A DNA stretch of 52,100 bases from a candidate division GN15 bacterium (GTDB lineage Bacteria; Zixibacteria; MSB-5A5; GN15; FEB-12): the NCBI GenBank assembly GCA_014727815.1, contig WJMS01000066.1, forward strand, positions 1 through 52,100, written 5' to 3'. The position numbers were made by a program, and so were the translations under genes. This document shows, one piece after another, positions 36,818-45,246 of the stretch; the first letter of the stretch is position 1, and each line of letters starts with the position of its first letter. The notes beneath the pieces were generated by a model. It was not told where the DNA came from. It saw nothing but the letters and a program-made list of their open reading frames with translations, and did not search any database.

Positions 36818-37917
36818 GCACCGACCGACTTCCCCTGAGTGAACTCAAGAAGGAACTCGACAAGCAGAAAGACCGCTTCGCAGCGCTCAAACAGGTCGTC
36901 GAGGAACTGCCGGACAACCACTTCATCGAGGATGCCGATGTCGCCGCTGTGATCGCCCGCCGCACCGGCATCCCGGTCGCCAAGATGATGACTGCCGAAA
37001 AGGACCGCCTGGTCAACATGGAAGCCCACCTGTCGGAGCGAATCGTGGGCCAGGAGAAAGCGATCAAAGGTGTCGCCGACGCCATCCGCAAGGCCCGCGC
37101 CGGTCTCAAACCGGCCAACCGACCGGTCGGCTCCTTCCTCTTTCTCGGCCCCACCGGCACCGGCAAGACCTACCTTCCGAAACTGCTGGCCGAGTTCCTG
37201 TTCGACGACAAAAACGCCATGGTCCGGCTCGACATGTCGGAGTTCATGGAATCGCACTCGGTCGCCAAAATGATCGGCGCTCCCCCCGGCTATGTCGGTT
37301 ATGAGGCCGGCGGCGTCCTCACCGAGGCGGTCAGGCGCAAACCATTCTCGATTATTCTCTTCGATGAGGTCGAAAAGGCCCACCCGGAGATTTTCAATAT
37401 CCTGCTGCAGCTGCTCGACGACGGCCGGCTGACCGATGGCCAGAACCGTACGGTCGACTTCTCCAACACCGTGGTCATCCTGACCTCCAACTACGCCGCC
37501 GACATCATCCTCGAGGCCGACCGCGAGAAGCGCGACGTCGACATGGACGAAATCCGCAGCTTCCTGTTCAGCAAGTTTCGGCCCGAATTTCTCAACCGGC
37601 TCAACGACATCATCGTCTACCACACCTTCACGCCCGAGCAGGTCGAGAAGATCGTCGGGCTGGAGTTCAAGCAGCTCGGCGAACTGCTCGAGGACCAGAA
37701 CATCTCGGCGGGACTGTCCGATGCCGCCCGGAAGAAGCTTGCCGCCGACGGCTACACGTTCGAGCTCGGCGCGCGGCCCCTGCAGCGGATTATCGAAAAA
37801 GAGATTATCAATAAACTGTCGGTGCGAATTATCACCGGCGATATCACGCCCGGGACCGATGTGACGGTTGATGTATCGGGCGATGAGTACGTATTTCAAA
37901 CAAAGCAACGTTCGTAA
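36814..37917 (+). CDS. tssH: ClpV/TssH C-terminal polypeptide (rest of middle region, AAA+ D2)
   Basis: Carries VIARRTGIPV...RIVGQEKAI, Walker A LGPTGTGKTYL, Walker B IILFDEVEKAH and sensor region GARPLQR. Confidence 0.85.
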   Translation: MSTDRLPLSELKKELDKQKDRFAALKQVVEELPDNHFIEDADVAAVIARRTGIPVAKMMTAEKDRLVNMEAHLSERIVGQEKAIKGVADAIRKARAGLKPANRPVGSFLFLGPTGTGKTYLPKLLAEFLFDDKNAMVRLDMSEFMESHSVAKMIGAPPGYVGYEAGGVLTEAVRRKPFSIILFDEVEKAHPEIFNILLQLLDDGRLTDGQNRTVDFSNTVVILTSNYAADIILEADREKRDVDMDEIRSFLFSKFRPEFLNRLNDIIVYHTFTPEQVEKIVGLEFKQLGELLEDQNISAGLSDAARKKLAADGYTFELGARPLQRIIEKEIINKLSVRIITGDITPGTDVTVDVSGDEYVFQTKQRS

Positions 37918-37947
37918 CGAAATCGATAGAGAGACGCGGAGGACGAC

Positions 37948-38388
37948 ATGGCGAAATTCATGCTCGGTGCGGTCGAACGGGTCAAAAAGGATGATTCCAT
38001 CCCCGTCGAACTGCTGCCGTCCAACAAGATCCTGTACGCGGCGCGTTTGAACAGCGATGAGGAAACCGACCCCACGCCGACCAAATGCACCAACCTGAAA
38101 GAAGTCTTCGAGAAGTTCCAGCCCTCATTCAATGTCGACATGGAGACCGAAGAGGGTGAGCCGATAAACGCCGATTTTGAAGTTCGCGCGATGAAGGAGT
38201 TCTCATCGAAGGAACTGATCGAGAAAAACGACTACCTCCAGGAAACCTACTACGCCAAGGAAATGATGGCCGACCTGGAGAAACAGCTCAAGAAGAACAA
38301 GGCGCTGCAGAAGATCCTCCAGGATAAGGAGAAAAAGGAAGCGCTCTTGAAAGTCGCACAGTACTACGTTGACCTTCTCAGCGAGTAA
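37948..38388 (+). CDS. tssB: contractile sheath small subunit TssB (VipA-like)
   Basis: A 146-aa acidic helical protein with the F.KF.P.F ... F....EF.SKELIEKNDYL pattern of TssB. GGAGGA RBS. It sits immediately upstream of tssC. Confidence 0.7.
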   Translation: MAKFMLGAVERVKKDDSIPVELLPSNKILYAARLNSDEETDPTPTKCTNLKEVFEKFQPSFNVDMETEEGEPINADFEVRAMKEFSSKELIEKNDYLQETYYAKEMMADLEKQLKKNKALQKILQDKEKKEALLKVAQYYVDLLSE

Positions 38389-38405
38389 GGATGAGGTGAT
38401 CGGTA

Positions 38406-39833
38406 ATGGCTGACGAAGAAAAAAAAGAAATGGAACAGCAGGCCGAACAGGCCGCACCCGCCCCCGCCGAGAAGACGGTTGAAAGGATATCCGACGACGA
38501 GTTTGCGTCCATTCTCGGCGACCAGTTCGGCGACTTCAGCAAGCTCGCCTCGCTGCTGCCGTCGTTTAAGACGGCCGATGGCGACCTGGTCCGCGGGGTC
38601 GAATGGCTCGACCCGAAAAAGGACTTCCAGCGCAAGGAATTCCTGACCAAGAAAGACTTCGCCAAACAGCGCAAGCTGCTGGCGCAGCGGCTGCAGATCT
38701 GGATCGACGCCCTCGCCTCGGGCGATGATCCCGATTCGATCCGCAAGTCACTCAACGAAAAGGCGACCGCCAAGGAAGCCAATCTCGAAAAGAACATGAA
38801 GAAGGTCCACCGGGCCAGCCGCGAACTGGAGATCACCTACCGCGGCATCGCCCAGTTCTTCGCCAACGCCCAGCAGGAACCGGATGAAAAAGTCAATGCC
38901 TGGTTCTCCAATGTCGGTGTCGAGGAGCTCAGCGACCCCGACGACCGGGAGAAGTTCGATGCGATCTGCAAGGAAATCGCCGACCTCTTCCGCGAGTGGG
39001 ACATCACCGAGGCCTTCTCCATGTGCGTTATCCCGGGCTGGCTCGGCAGCGTCGAAAACATCGACACCTTCGCCCGCACCCTCGGCATGCCCAACAAGGT
39101 CCAGATCATGACCGACCTGCCGAACTTCGAGAAGTTCGAAGAGGTCATGGACATGCTCGACGACCCCAGCTACGCCAACCTGGCCGGCATCGATGCTTTC
39201 AAGCAGTACATGTCGGTCTTCGCCAACTACGTCCTGGCCCGCAACGCCAACCAGTTCGAGGATGACGATATGTGGGTGCCGCCGTCGGCGGCAATCGCCG
39301 GCAAGATGTACCAGGGTGACCTCACCCAGGGCATGCAGCAGCCGATGGCCGGGTTTAAGTACGGCAAGCTCAACGATGCCAAGTATCTGCGGTTCAAGGC
39401 CAACCAGCCCGACGCCAGCAAGATCAACGAAAAAGGCGTCAACCCGATTGTCGACTTCAAGGGCACCCCGGTCGCCATGGGCTCGTCGACCCTGTACACC
39501 AAGGAGACCTTCAACAACTACTCCATTCGGCGAACCTATGACTACGTCTACAAGACGCTGCGCAACTACTTGAACAAGCAAACCTTCACGGTTATCGATC
39601 AGAAATTCGTCGACACCATGCGCCGGGATATCGACACCTTCATGAAGGCGATCACCGGCGCCGACAACATCCTCCAGGATTACAAGATCGATATCTTCGC
39701 CGACGAAGAGATGCGTAAACGGCAGGAGGTCGATGTCAAGGTGAGCCTGAATCCCAAGTATCCGGCGAAGTCGTTCAACATCGAATTCGTCGCCTGGGGC
39801 GAAGGCGAACAGACCAACGTCAAGGACAAGTAG
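38406..39833 (+). CDS. tssC: contractile sheath large subunit TssC (VipB-like)
   Basis: A 475-aa protein placed directly after tssB and before hcp. The C-terminal half resembles the sheath handshake/gp18-like core. GAGGTG RBS. Confidence 0.8.
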   Translation: MADEEKKEMEQQAEQAAPAPAEKTVERISDDEFASILGDQFGDFSKLASLLPSFKTADGDLVRGVEWLDPKKDFQRKEFLTKKDFAKQRKLLAQRLQIWIDALASGDDPDSIRKSLNEKATAKEANLEKNMKKVHRASRELEITYRGIAQFFANAQQEPDEKVNAWFSNVGVEELSDPDDREKFDAICKEIADLFREWDITEAFSMCVIPGWLGSVENIDTFARTLGMPNKVQIMTDLPNFEKFEEVMDMLDDPSYANLAGIDAFKQYMSVFANYVLARNANQFEDDDMWVPPSAAIAGKMYQGDLTQGMQQPMAGFKYGKLNDAKYLRFKANQPDASKINEKGVNPIVDFKGTPVAMGSSTLYTKETFNNYSIRRTYDYVYKTLRNYLNKQTFTVIDQKFVDTMRRDIDTFMKAITGADNILQDYKIDIFADEEMRKRQEVDVKVSLNPKYPAKSFNIEFVAWGEGEQTNVKDK

Positions 39834-39871
39834 CCCGCCCGGACCTTCGGGCACTGCAATCCGAGAAAAAT

Positions 39872-39907
39872 GCGGAAAAGGTGATCGCCCCATGTCACCT
39901 TTTCCGC
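39872..39907. other. perfect 13-bp stem-loop after tssC
   Basis: GCGGAAAAGGTGA (39872-39884) pairs with TCACCTTTTCCGC (39895-39907), with a 10-nt loop. There is no U-tract on the plus strand; a T-rich tail appears only on the minus strand. Confidence 0.5.
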
Positions 39908-40012
39908 GTTCCTGAATGAAGCCGTTGGGGAAACGGCAGCAAGCACGGAAAACCTGGAATCTAAAACGCTAACCGAATAGCGACCGTTTCTAACACATGA
40001 AGGAGCATCCGC

Positions 40013-40417
40013 ATGGCACGCAGACCGACTGTAGAAATTGATGGCGTTCCGTACAAAAACGTCTACTCCGTCAAGTACTCGCTGTATACGGCGAAAGACG
40101 AAACCGGCCGGCCGTCCGACCGCGCCCACGCCGGCGTAATCGAGGTCGTCCGTGAATCCGACGAAACCACCGATATCGCTCGCTGGGCAATGGACTCCTC
40201 CAAGCCGAACTGGAAAGCCGGCAAGGTCACCTTCAAAAGTCCCGATGACTCAACCATGAAGGAACTGACCTGGGAAGAGGGCTTCATCACCCACTATGAA
40301 GAACTGATCCCGCACATCAAGCACACGCCGGACGAGCAGATTTACGAGGTGTTCCACATCTCCTGCCGCAAGCTCGTGATCGGTGACGCCGAAATCGACA
40401 ACCGGTGGGAAGAATAA
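40013..40417 (+). CDS. hcp: Hcp tube protein (TssD), Bacteroidota-like type
   Basis: A 134-aa protein. The pattern IDG..Y....V.YSLY...DETGRP....H.G.I.V..ES......W......W.G.V.F...D....K.L.WEE.F...Y.E ... ISC..L.IG...IDNRW is typical of T6SSiii-type Hcp. AAGGAG RBS. Confidence 0.75.
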   Translation: MARRPTVEIDGVPYKNVYSVKYSLYTAKDETGRPSDRAHAGVIEVVRESDETTDIARWAMDSSKPNWKAGKVTFKSPDDSTMKELTWEEGFITHYEELIPHIKHTPDEQIYEVFHISCRKLVIGDAEIDNRWEE

Positions 40418-40427
40418 CCAGGTTGTT

Positions 40428-40461
40428 GCGACCGGGCCGCGCCAAAACCCGGCCCGGTCGC
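40428..40461 (+). other. perfect 12-bp GC-rich stem-loop after hcp
   Basis: GCGACCGGGCCG (40428-40439) pairs with CGGCCCGGTCGC (40450-40461), with a 10-nt loop. It starts 11 nt after the hcp stop and has no U-tract. Confidence 0.5.
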
Positions 40462-40489
40462 CACTTCCACAGGTAATGGACGGACGACC

Positions 40490-42214
40490 ATGACAGACGG
40501 TGGCAACATCATCAAAATGCCGACTGAGGTGAAGGTCTCTGTCGGCGGCCACGAGATTAGCCTGGAAATCTCCAGCATCGAACTCAACCAGTATATCGAC
40601 CGGCACCACGAACTGATCGTCACCGTGATCCTCTCTCAGCAGATGACGGACAACCAGGAAATGGCCGATATCAAGCGCTATCTCGATATGCTCGGACAGA
40701 CCGTATCCCTTTCAGCTTCGTCCGAGAAAGAGCGCATGACGAACGATGAAGACGAGCTGCAGTTTGTGGGAATTGTCACCAATGTCGAAGCAGTCAACGA
40801 AATCGACGGCACCAACGTCGTTCGCATTCACGGCAGCAGCCCGACTGTCCGTATGGACGGCGGCCCGCGCATCCGCACCTACCAGCAGAATTCACCCGCT
40901 GACATAGTCGAGAGTATCGTGAGCTCGGCCGCCGTGACCCGGGGAAAACTCGAGAGATTCGGCAGTAAACGGGAATATACGTTGCAGTATAACCAGAGCG
41001 ACTACGAATTCCTGATGCGCCTGGCCACCGGTCACGGCATGTTCGCGTACTACGACGGCAAGGAGTTCCATGTCGGCAAACCGACCTCCAAAGACGCCGT
41101 GGAACTCAACTGGCGGCAGTCGCTCGCCGGATTCTCGGTCGACCTCGGAACGGCGCCCGGAGAGTACGCCGTTGGCACCTACGACTACGCCCAGAACAAG
41201 ACCTTCCTGGCCAGTTCGACCAAAAGCCGTACCGGCTCGGCCGTCTCCGGATTCCTTGCCAATTCTCCCAAAGCGTCGAAAAACATCTTCGGTGACGAGC
41301 CCGGCTACATGGTTCACGTCACGCACAGCGCCAGCCAGAGCGAGGCCACCGATGCCGCCGTGAAAGCCAAGTCCCGCGCGCTCGGCCGCATGATCGTCGG
41401 CAAGGGAACCTCCTATGTCCCCAGTGTGCGGGTCGGACGGTGCGTGCAGGTCAAAGGTATGGTCATGCTCGACGGCATGTATCTGGTTAGTTCGGTCAAA
41501 CACCGCTACGAAAGCGGCGGCTACTACAACACCTTCGAATGCACCCCCCTCGACCTCGCTTTCCCGCAGTTCCGCGGCCACCGGGACAAGATAACGGACC
41601 TCCATGTCGCCGTCGTGCAGGATGTCCAGGATCCGGAGAAACTCGGACGGGTCAAGATCTACTTTCCCTGGCTGGATATTGACAGCGTCTGGGCGCGCAT
41701 GGCCGTGCCGCACGCGGGTCAGTCCTGGGGCTGGGTCTGCCTGCCCGAAATCGATGACGAAGTTCTGGTCGGATTCGACCGCGGCGACCCGGAACAGCCC
41801 GTTATCCTCGGCGCCCTGTACAATTCCAAAGCCAAACCGCCGTCCGAAGCCACTGCCTCCCCACCCGAGGTTAAGGTCCTGCAGACCAAAGGCGGTAACA
41901 AGATCCTGCTCAGCGACAAACAGGGCTCGGAAGAGATCATTCTCACCACCAGGGATGGCCAGAACAATATTGTATTGAGTATGTCCGGCCCCGGTATTAC
42001 CATTGAGAGCAAAGGTGACCTGACCTTCAAGGGCAAAGGCGTCAGTATCGAGGGCGATACGATCAAGCTCAAGAGCCAGAAAGATACCACCGTCGAGGCC
42101 GGCGGAAATCTCAAGGCCGAAGGGAAAATGAACCTGGAGACCAAGGCCGGCATGAACTACCAGGCTGAAGGGATGATGGTCAAGATCAAGGGACAGATGA
42201 TCAATCTCAATTAG
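40490..42214 (+). CDS. vgrG: VgrG spike protein (TssI; gp27/gp5-like)
   Basis: The gp5 OB-fold signature GRVKIYFPWLD...WARMAVPHAGQSWGWVCLPEIDDEVLVGFDRGDPEQPVILGALYN is followed by a short beta-helix repeat region. No C-terminal effector domain. Confidence 0.85.
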   Translation: MTDGGNIIKMPTEVKVSVGGHEISLEISSIELNQYIDRHHELIVTVILSQQMTDNQEMADIKRYLDMLGQTVSLSASSEKERMTNDEDELQFVGIVTNVEAVNEIDGTNVVRIHGSSPTVRMDGGPRIRTYQQNSPADIVESIVSSAAVTRGKLERFGSKREYTLQYNQSDYEFLMRLATGHGMFAYYDGKEFHVGKPTSKDAVELNWRQSLAGFSVDLGTAPGEYAVGTYDYAQNKTFLASSTKSRTGSAVSGFLANSPKASKNIFGDEPGYMVHVTHSASQSEATDAAVKAKSRALGRMIVGKGTSYVPSVRVGRCVQVKGMVMLDGMYLVSSVKHRYESGGYYNTFECTPLDLAFPQFRGHRDKITDLHVAVVQDVQDPEKLGRVKIYFPWLDIDSVWARMAVPHAGQSWGWVCLPEIDDEVLVGFDRGDPEQPVILGALYNSKAKPPSEATASPPEVKVLQTKGGNKILLSDKQGSEEIILTTRDGQNNIVLSMSGPGITIESKGDLTFKGKGVSIEGDTIKLKSQKDTTVEAGGNLKAEGKMNLETKAGMNYQAEGMMVKIKGQMINLN

Positions 42215-42600
42215 TGAGCGATATGGATAGAATCGCGCTGCCGGTGACATTACGCGATGGTTACTTGAACCGGGCCGAGTCGGTCGAAGAATCGATCTTC
42301 CATTCGGTCGGCCTCCTGCTCTGTACCCGTCCGGGCCAGATGGAGTTTCTGCCCGAGTACGGCTGCGATGTCTGGAAAATGGAATTCTCCGACCTCAACG
42401 TGGCCAACAAGGGCGAGGTACGCGCCAGTCTCCGCAACGCTATCGACAAGTTCGAGCCCCGCCTCTTCAACGTCTCCGTCTCGTTCACACCGCATACCGA
42501 TTCCGCCTCACACGTCCTCGGCATGTCGGTCAAGGTAACCGGCAACTACCGCGATGCCGGCGAGGAAAAGAAATTCGAAGCCACCTATGCGTTAGGATGA
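42214..42600 (+). CDS. tssE: baseplate wedge protein TssE (GPW/gp25 family)
   Basis: Carries the gp25-like core SIFHSVGLLLCTRPGQMEFLPEYGCDVW. The GTG at 42214 overlaps the vgrG stop. An alternative ATG lies at 42223. Confidence 0.75.
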   Translation: MSDMDRIALPVTLRDGYLNRAESVEESIFHSVGLLLCTRPGQMEFLPEYGCDVWKMEFSDLNVANKGEVRASLRNAIDKFEPRLFNVSVSFTPHTDSASHVLGMSVKVTGNYRDAGEEKKFEATYALG

Positions 42601-42601
42601 T

Positions 42602-44260
42602 ATGAGCGATTCCCGAGCCCGCACTCCGCAGGATATCTTCACCGCCATGCACCGGGAACTCCGGTCATTCAACCGCGACATCCCGGAATCACTCGACCGG
42701 CTGGACCCCATTCTCAAGCTGCTCATGCAGCTCTACGCCAGCCAGCTCTCGCACATCGACAAACGGGTTGATCACCTCTGGGATGTCGCCACGGCCGCCC
42801 TGATCAAGTCGCTCTACCCCGAGGCCAAGCGCTGGCCGGTGCCGGCCTACACCGTCATGCACTGCGCCCCGCTCGACCCGGTGGTCGAGACCGATCGCCA
42901 GGTCCGCTTCTTCTTTCAGGAGACGCGCGAGGGCGGCCAGATGCACTTCTTCTCGCCCCAGCGTACCGAAAAGCTGATCAATGCCACCGTAAAGCGCGTC
43001 CTGCTTCGCTCCGGCGAACAGATTTACGACCTCACTCCGGGGAAGGCCGACGCGATGAATTCCGGCGGCATATCCTGGGCCGAACGAAACAGCATTTATG
43101 TGGCCGTTGAGTATGGCGGCAACCCGGCCGACATGACCGGCTCACATCTCTTTCTCGACGGCGATATCGCCGCCCTGCGTCAACTGCGCTGGGGCTACTG
43201 GTACCCCTCGAGTGCGGCCGGTGGCTTCTACGACGACTCCCGTTTCTGCCCGGCGCTGAGATTCGACCTGGAGTCACTGGTTTCCCCCGATGATAGCCCG
43301 TCGACCAACTGGGGCGGCCTGCGCGACAGCAGTCACTTGTTCTCTCGCCTCGAGAACCACTTCGTCACCCTGCCCGAGGCGTTCTGCGCGACCTGGCAGA
43401 TGGGTCCCCCGGAGCCCGACCTGGCCCGCCTGCTCGGCATCAATGGCATCATTATCGATGACGGCGCCGAACAGCACTACTGGCTTCGCATCGACCTCCC
43501 CCCATCCGGCGACAAGAGCACGCTCGCCCGACCGATCGACCTGCGCTTCGGCTGCGTCGTGGTCACCAACCGCAACGAACTGACCCTGTTCAAGCACACC
43601 GGTGACAACCGGCTGATAGAAATCGAACTCCCCGATGAGCTCGACAGTATTCTCGGAATTACGTCGGTTACCGACTCCACCGGCAAGACCTACCAGCCGC
43701 GCCACCAGGTACAAAGCGAACCCGTGCAAACTTCGTACGCCCTCGAAGAACGCGACGGCAAACTGGTCGTATGGTTCGACTTTACATCGAGCATGGAAGC
43801 GCCCCCCGAATCACTGACCGTGACCTACGCGGTGACATCCGGCACCGCCGCCAACGGGATCGGTCGCGGCGAGATCAGCGACCTCTATGAAAACCATCCG
43901 GGTATCGACAGCGCCGAAAACGTCCTGCCCACTACCGGGGCCGTCCCGGCCAAAACCGAACAGGAGATAATCGACGAGGTCACCCTGCGCCTGCGCGCCC
44001 GCGACCGGGCGCTCAGTTTCCCCGAGCTGGCCCGTTGGGCCCAGACTTTCGACAAGCGTATCAAGTCAGCCACCTGCGAGAACGGCATTCAACGGACTCC
44101 GACCGGCATCCGCCGCTGCATCGACATATCCGTTGCGATTACCAAAGAAGACTTCTGCTCCGACGATGAGATAAACCTGCTGGCCGATCGGCTCGAACGT
44201 TTCCTGAAATCCCGAGCCCCGGTCAACACCCAGTTTCAGGTGAAGGCGCAATCGGCATGA
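42602..44260 (+). CDS. tssF: baseplate subunit TssF (gp6-like)
   Basis: A 552-aa protein. The N-terminal helical segment followed by LYPEAKRWPVPAYTVMHCAP resembles the TssF LYP...P(S/A) motif. It lies between tssE and tssG. Confidence 0.7.
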   Translation: MSDSRARTPQDIFTAMHRELRSFNRDIPESLDRLDPILKLLMQLYASQLSHIDKRVDHLWDVATAALIKSLYPEAKRWPVPAYTVMHCAPLDPVVETDRQVRFFFQETREGGQMHFFSPQRTEKLINATVKRVLLRSGEQIYDLTPGKADAMNSGGISWAERNSIYVAVEYGGNPADMTGSHLFLDGDIAALRQLRWGYWYPSSAAGGFYDDSRFCPALRFDLESLVSPDDSPSTNWGGLRDSSHLFSRLENHFVTLPEAFCATWQMGPPEPDLARLLGINGIIIDDGAEQHYWLRIDLPPSGDKSTLARPIDLRFGCVVVTNRNELTLFKHTGDNRLIEIELPDELDSILGITSVTDSTGKTYQPRHQVQSEPVQTSYALEERDGKLVVWFDFTSSMEAPPESLTVTYAVTSGTAANGIGRGEISDLYENHPGIDSAENVLPTTGAVPAKTEQEIIDEVTLRLRARDRALSFPELARWAQTFDKRIKSATCENGIQRTPTGIRRCIDISVAITKEDFCSDDEINLLADRLERFLKSRAPVNTQFQVKAQSA

Positions 44261-45171
44261 CAACTCGTCCGGAACGCCTCATGCCCGACTTTTGCAGCCG
44301 GCGCCATCCCTTCCATGCCGCCACGGCGATCGTCACCCTGATGAAGCTCGATGTCGACCTGTCTCGCATTCGCCTGCTGGCGGTCGGCACACACCAGAAC
44401 TATCGCGGCGAAGTTCATGAACAGGAGCCCGACCCCGGCGCCACGCTGCGCCCGGACACCACCGTCACCCTCCACGTCGGCTGTGAAAGCCCGGTCGACA
44501 TGGTACCCTTCCAGTTCTTCTATGGCGTCGGCGGCCGGCGTGACCGCTCCGGTGACTGGGAAGGCAATGCCAGGTCACTCATGGCGCCCTTCGATGCCGC
44601 CGTTCAACGCTACCGGGCCCTGACCGACTACCACGCCATGCGCTACCGGCTGGGGGTGATCGATGAAGACCACTTGCGCCGCTACTTCGAACTGTTCGCC
44701 TTTGAATCGACCGAAACAACCGCCTCCCTGTCGGATCGACTCCTGTGGGCAGCCCTGCTGCCGTCGTTCCATCACTGGGCCGGCAATCCCGATCTGGTCG
44801 AGAAGGCGGTCACCTTTTTTCTCGGCTACCCGTGCCGCATCATTGAAAACGTACCGGCGCGATACAACATTCCCGATCACCTCTGGTTCCGACTTGGCCA
44901 ATCCAACACCCGCCTCGGCGGAGAGACCGCCCTGGGCCGCTCCTTCGTCGAGGCTGATTCATGCTATAAAGTGATACTGAGCGATGTCGCCCCCGAGGAT
45001 GTCCCGTTGTACCTCGAGGGTGGTCGCGGCCGTCGACGCCTGGAAGCCCTGCTCGACATCTGCATGCCCGGCAACCTCGCGCATCAAATCGAAATCCGCG
45101 CGCGTCGAACCGGCTTGCGCCCCGGCGACAAGCAACGCGCCGCATATCTGGGCTATACCAGCCACGTGTGA
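44257..45171 (+). CDS. tssG: baseplate subunit TssG (gp7-like), tentative
   Basis: ATGA overlap with tssF, 304 aa, and a C-terminal RLGQSNTRLGGETALGRSF resembling the LG-rich TssG end. The call rests mainly on synteny. Confidence 0.55.
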   Translation: MTTRPERLMPDFCSRRHPFHAATAIVTLMKLDVDLSRIRLLAVGTHQNYRGEVHEQEPDPGATLRPDTTVTLHVGCESPVDMVPFQFFYGVGGRRDRSGDWEGNARSLMAPFDAAVQRYRALTDYHAMRYRLGVIDEDHLRRYFELFAFESTETTASLSDRLLWAALLPSFHHWAGNPDLVEKAVTFFLGYPCRIIENVPARYNIPDHLWFRLGQSNTRLGGETALGRSFVEADSCYKVILSDVAPEDVPLYLEGGRGRRRLEALLDICMPGNLAHQIEIRARRTGLRPGDKQRAAYLGYTSHV

Positions 45172-45246
45172 AAGAGACGATGGTTATATTGTTGACATGT
45201 ACCGTGAGGGACGATACCTTGATTCCGACTTTCTCGAGGCAAGATC

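Noticed and set aside
39955-39970. Possible sigma54 -24/-12 element (TGG-N10-GC) upstream of hcp
   Set aside because: Only the GG/GC dinucleotides and their spacing match. The flanking consensus bases (TGGCAC, TTGCA) do not, and no enhancer-binding protein gene is in the locus. The evidence is too weak to call.
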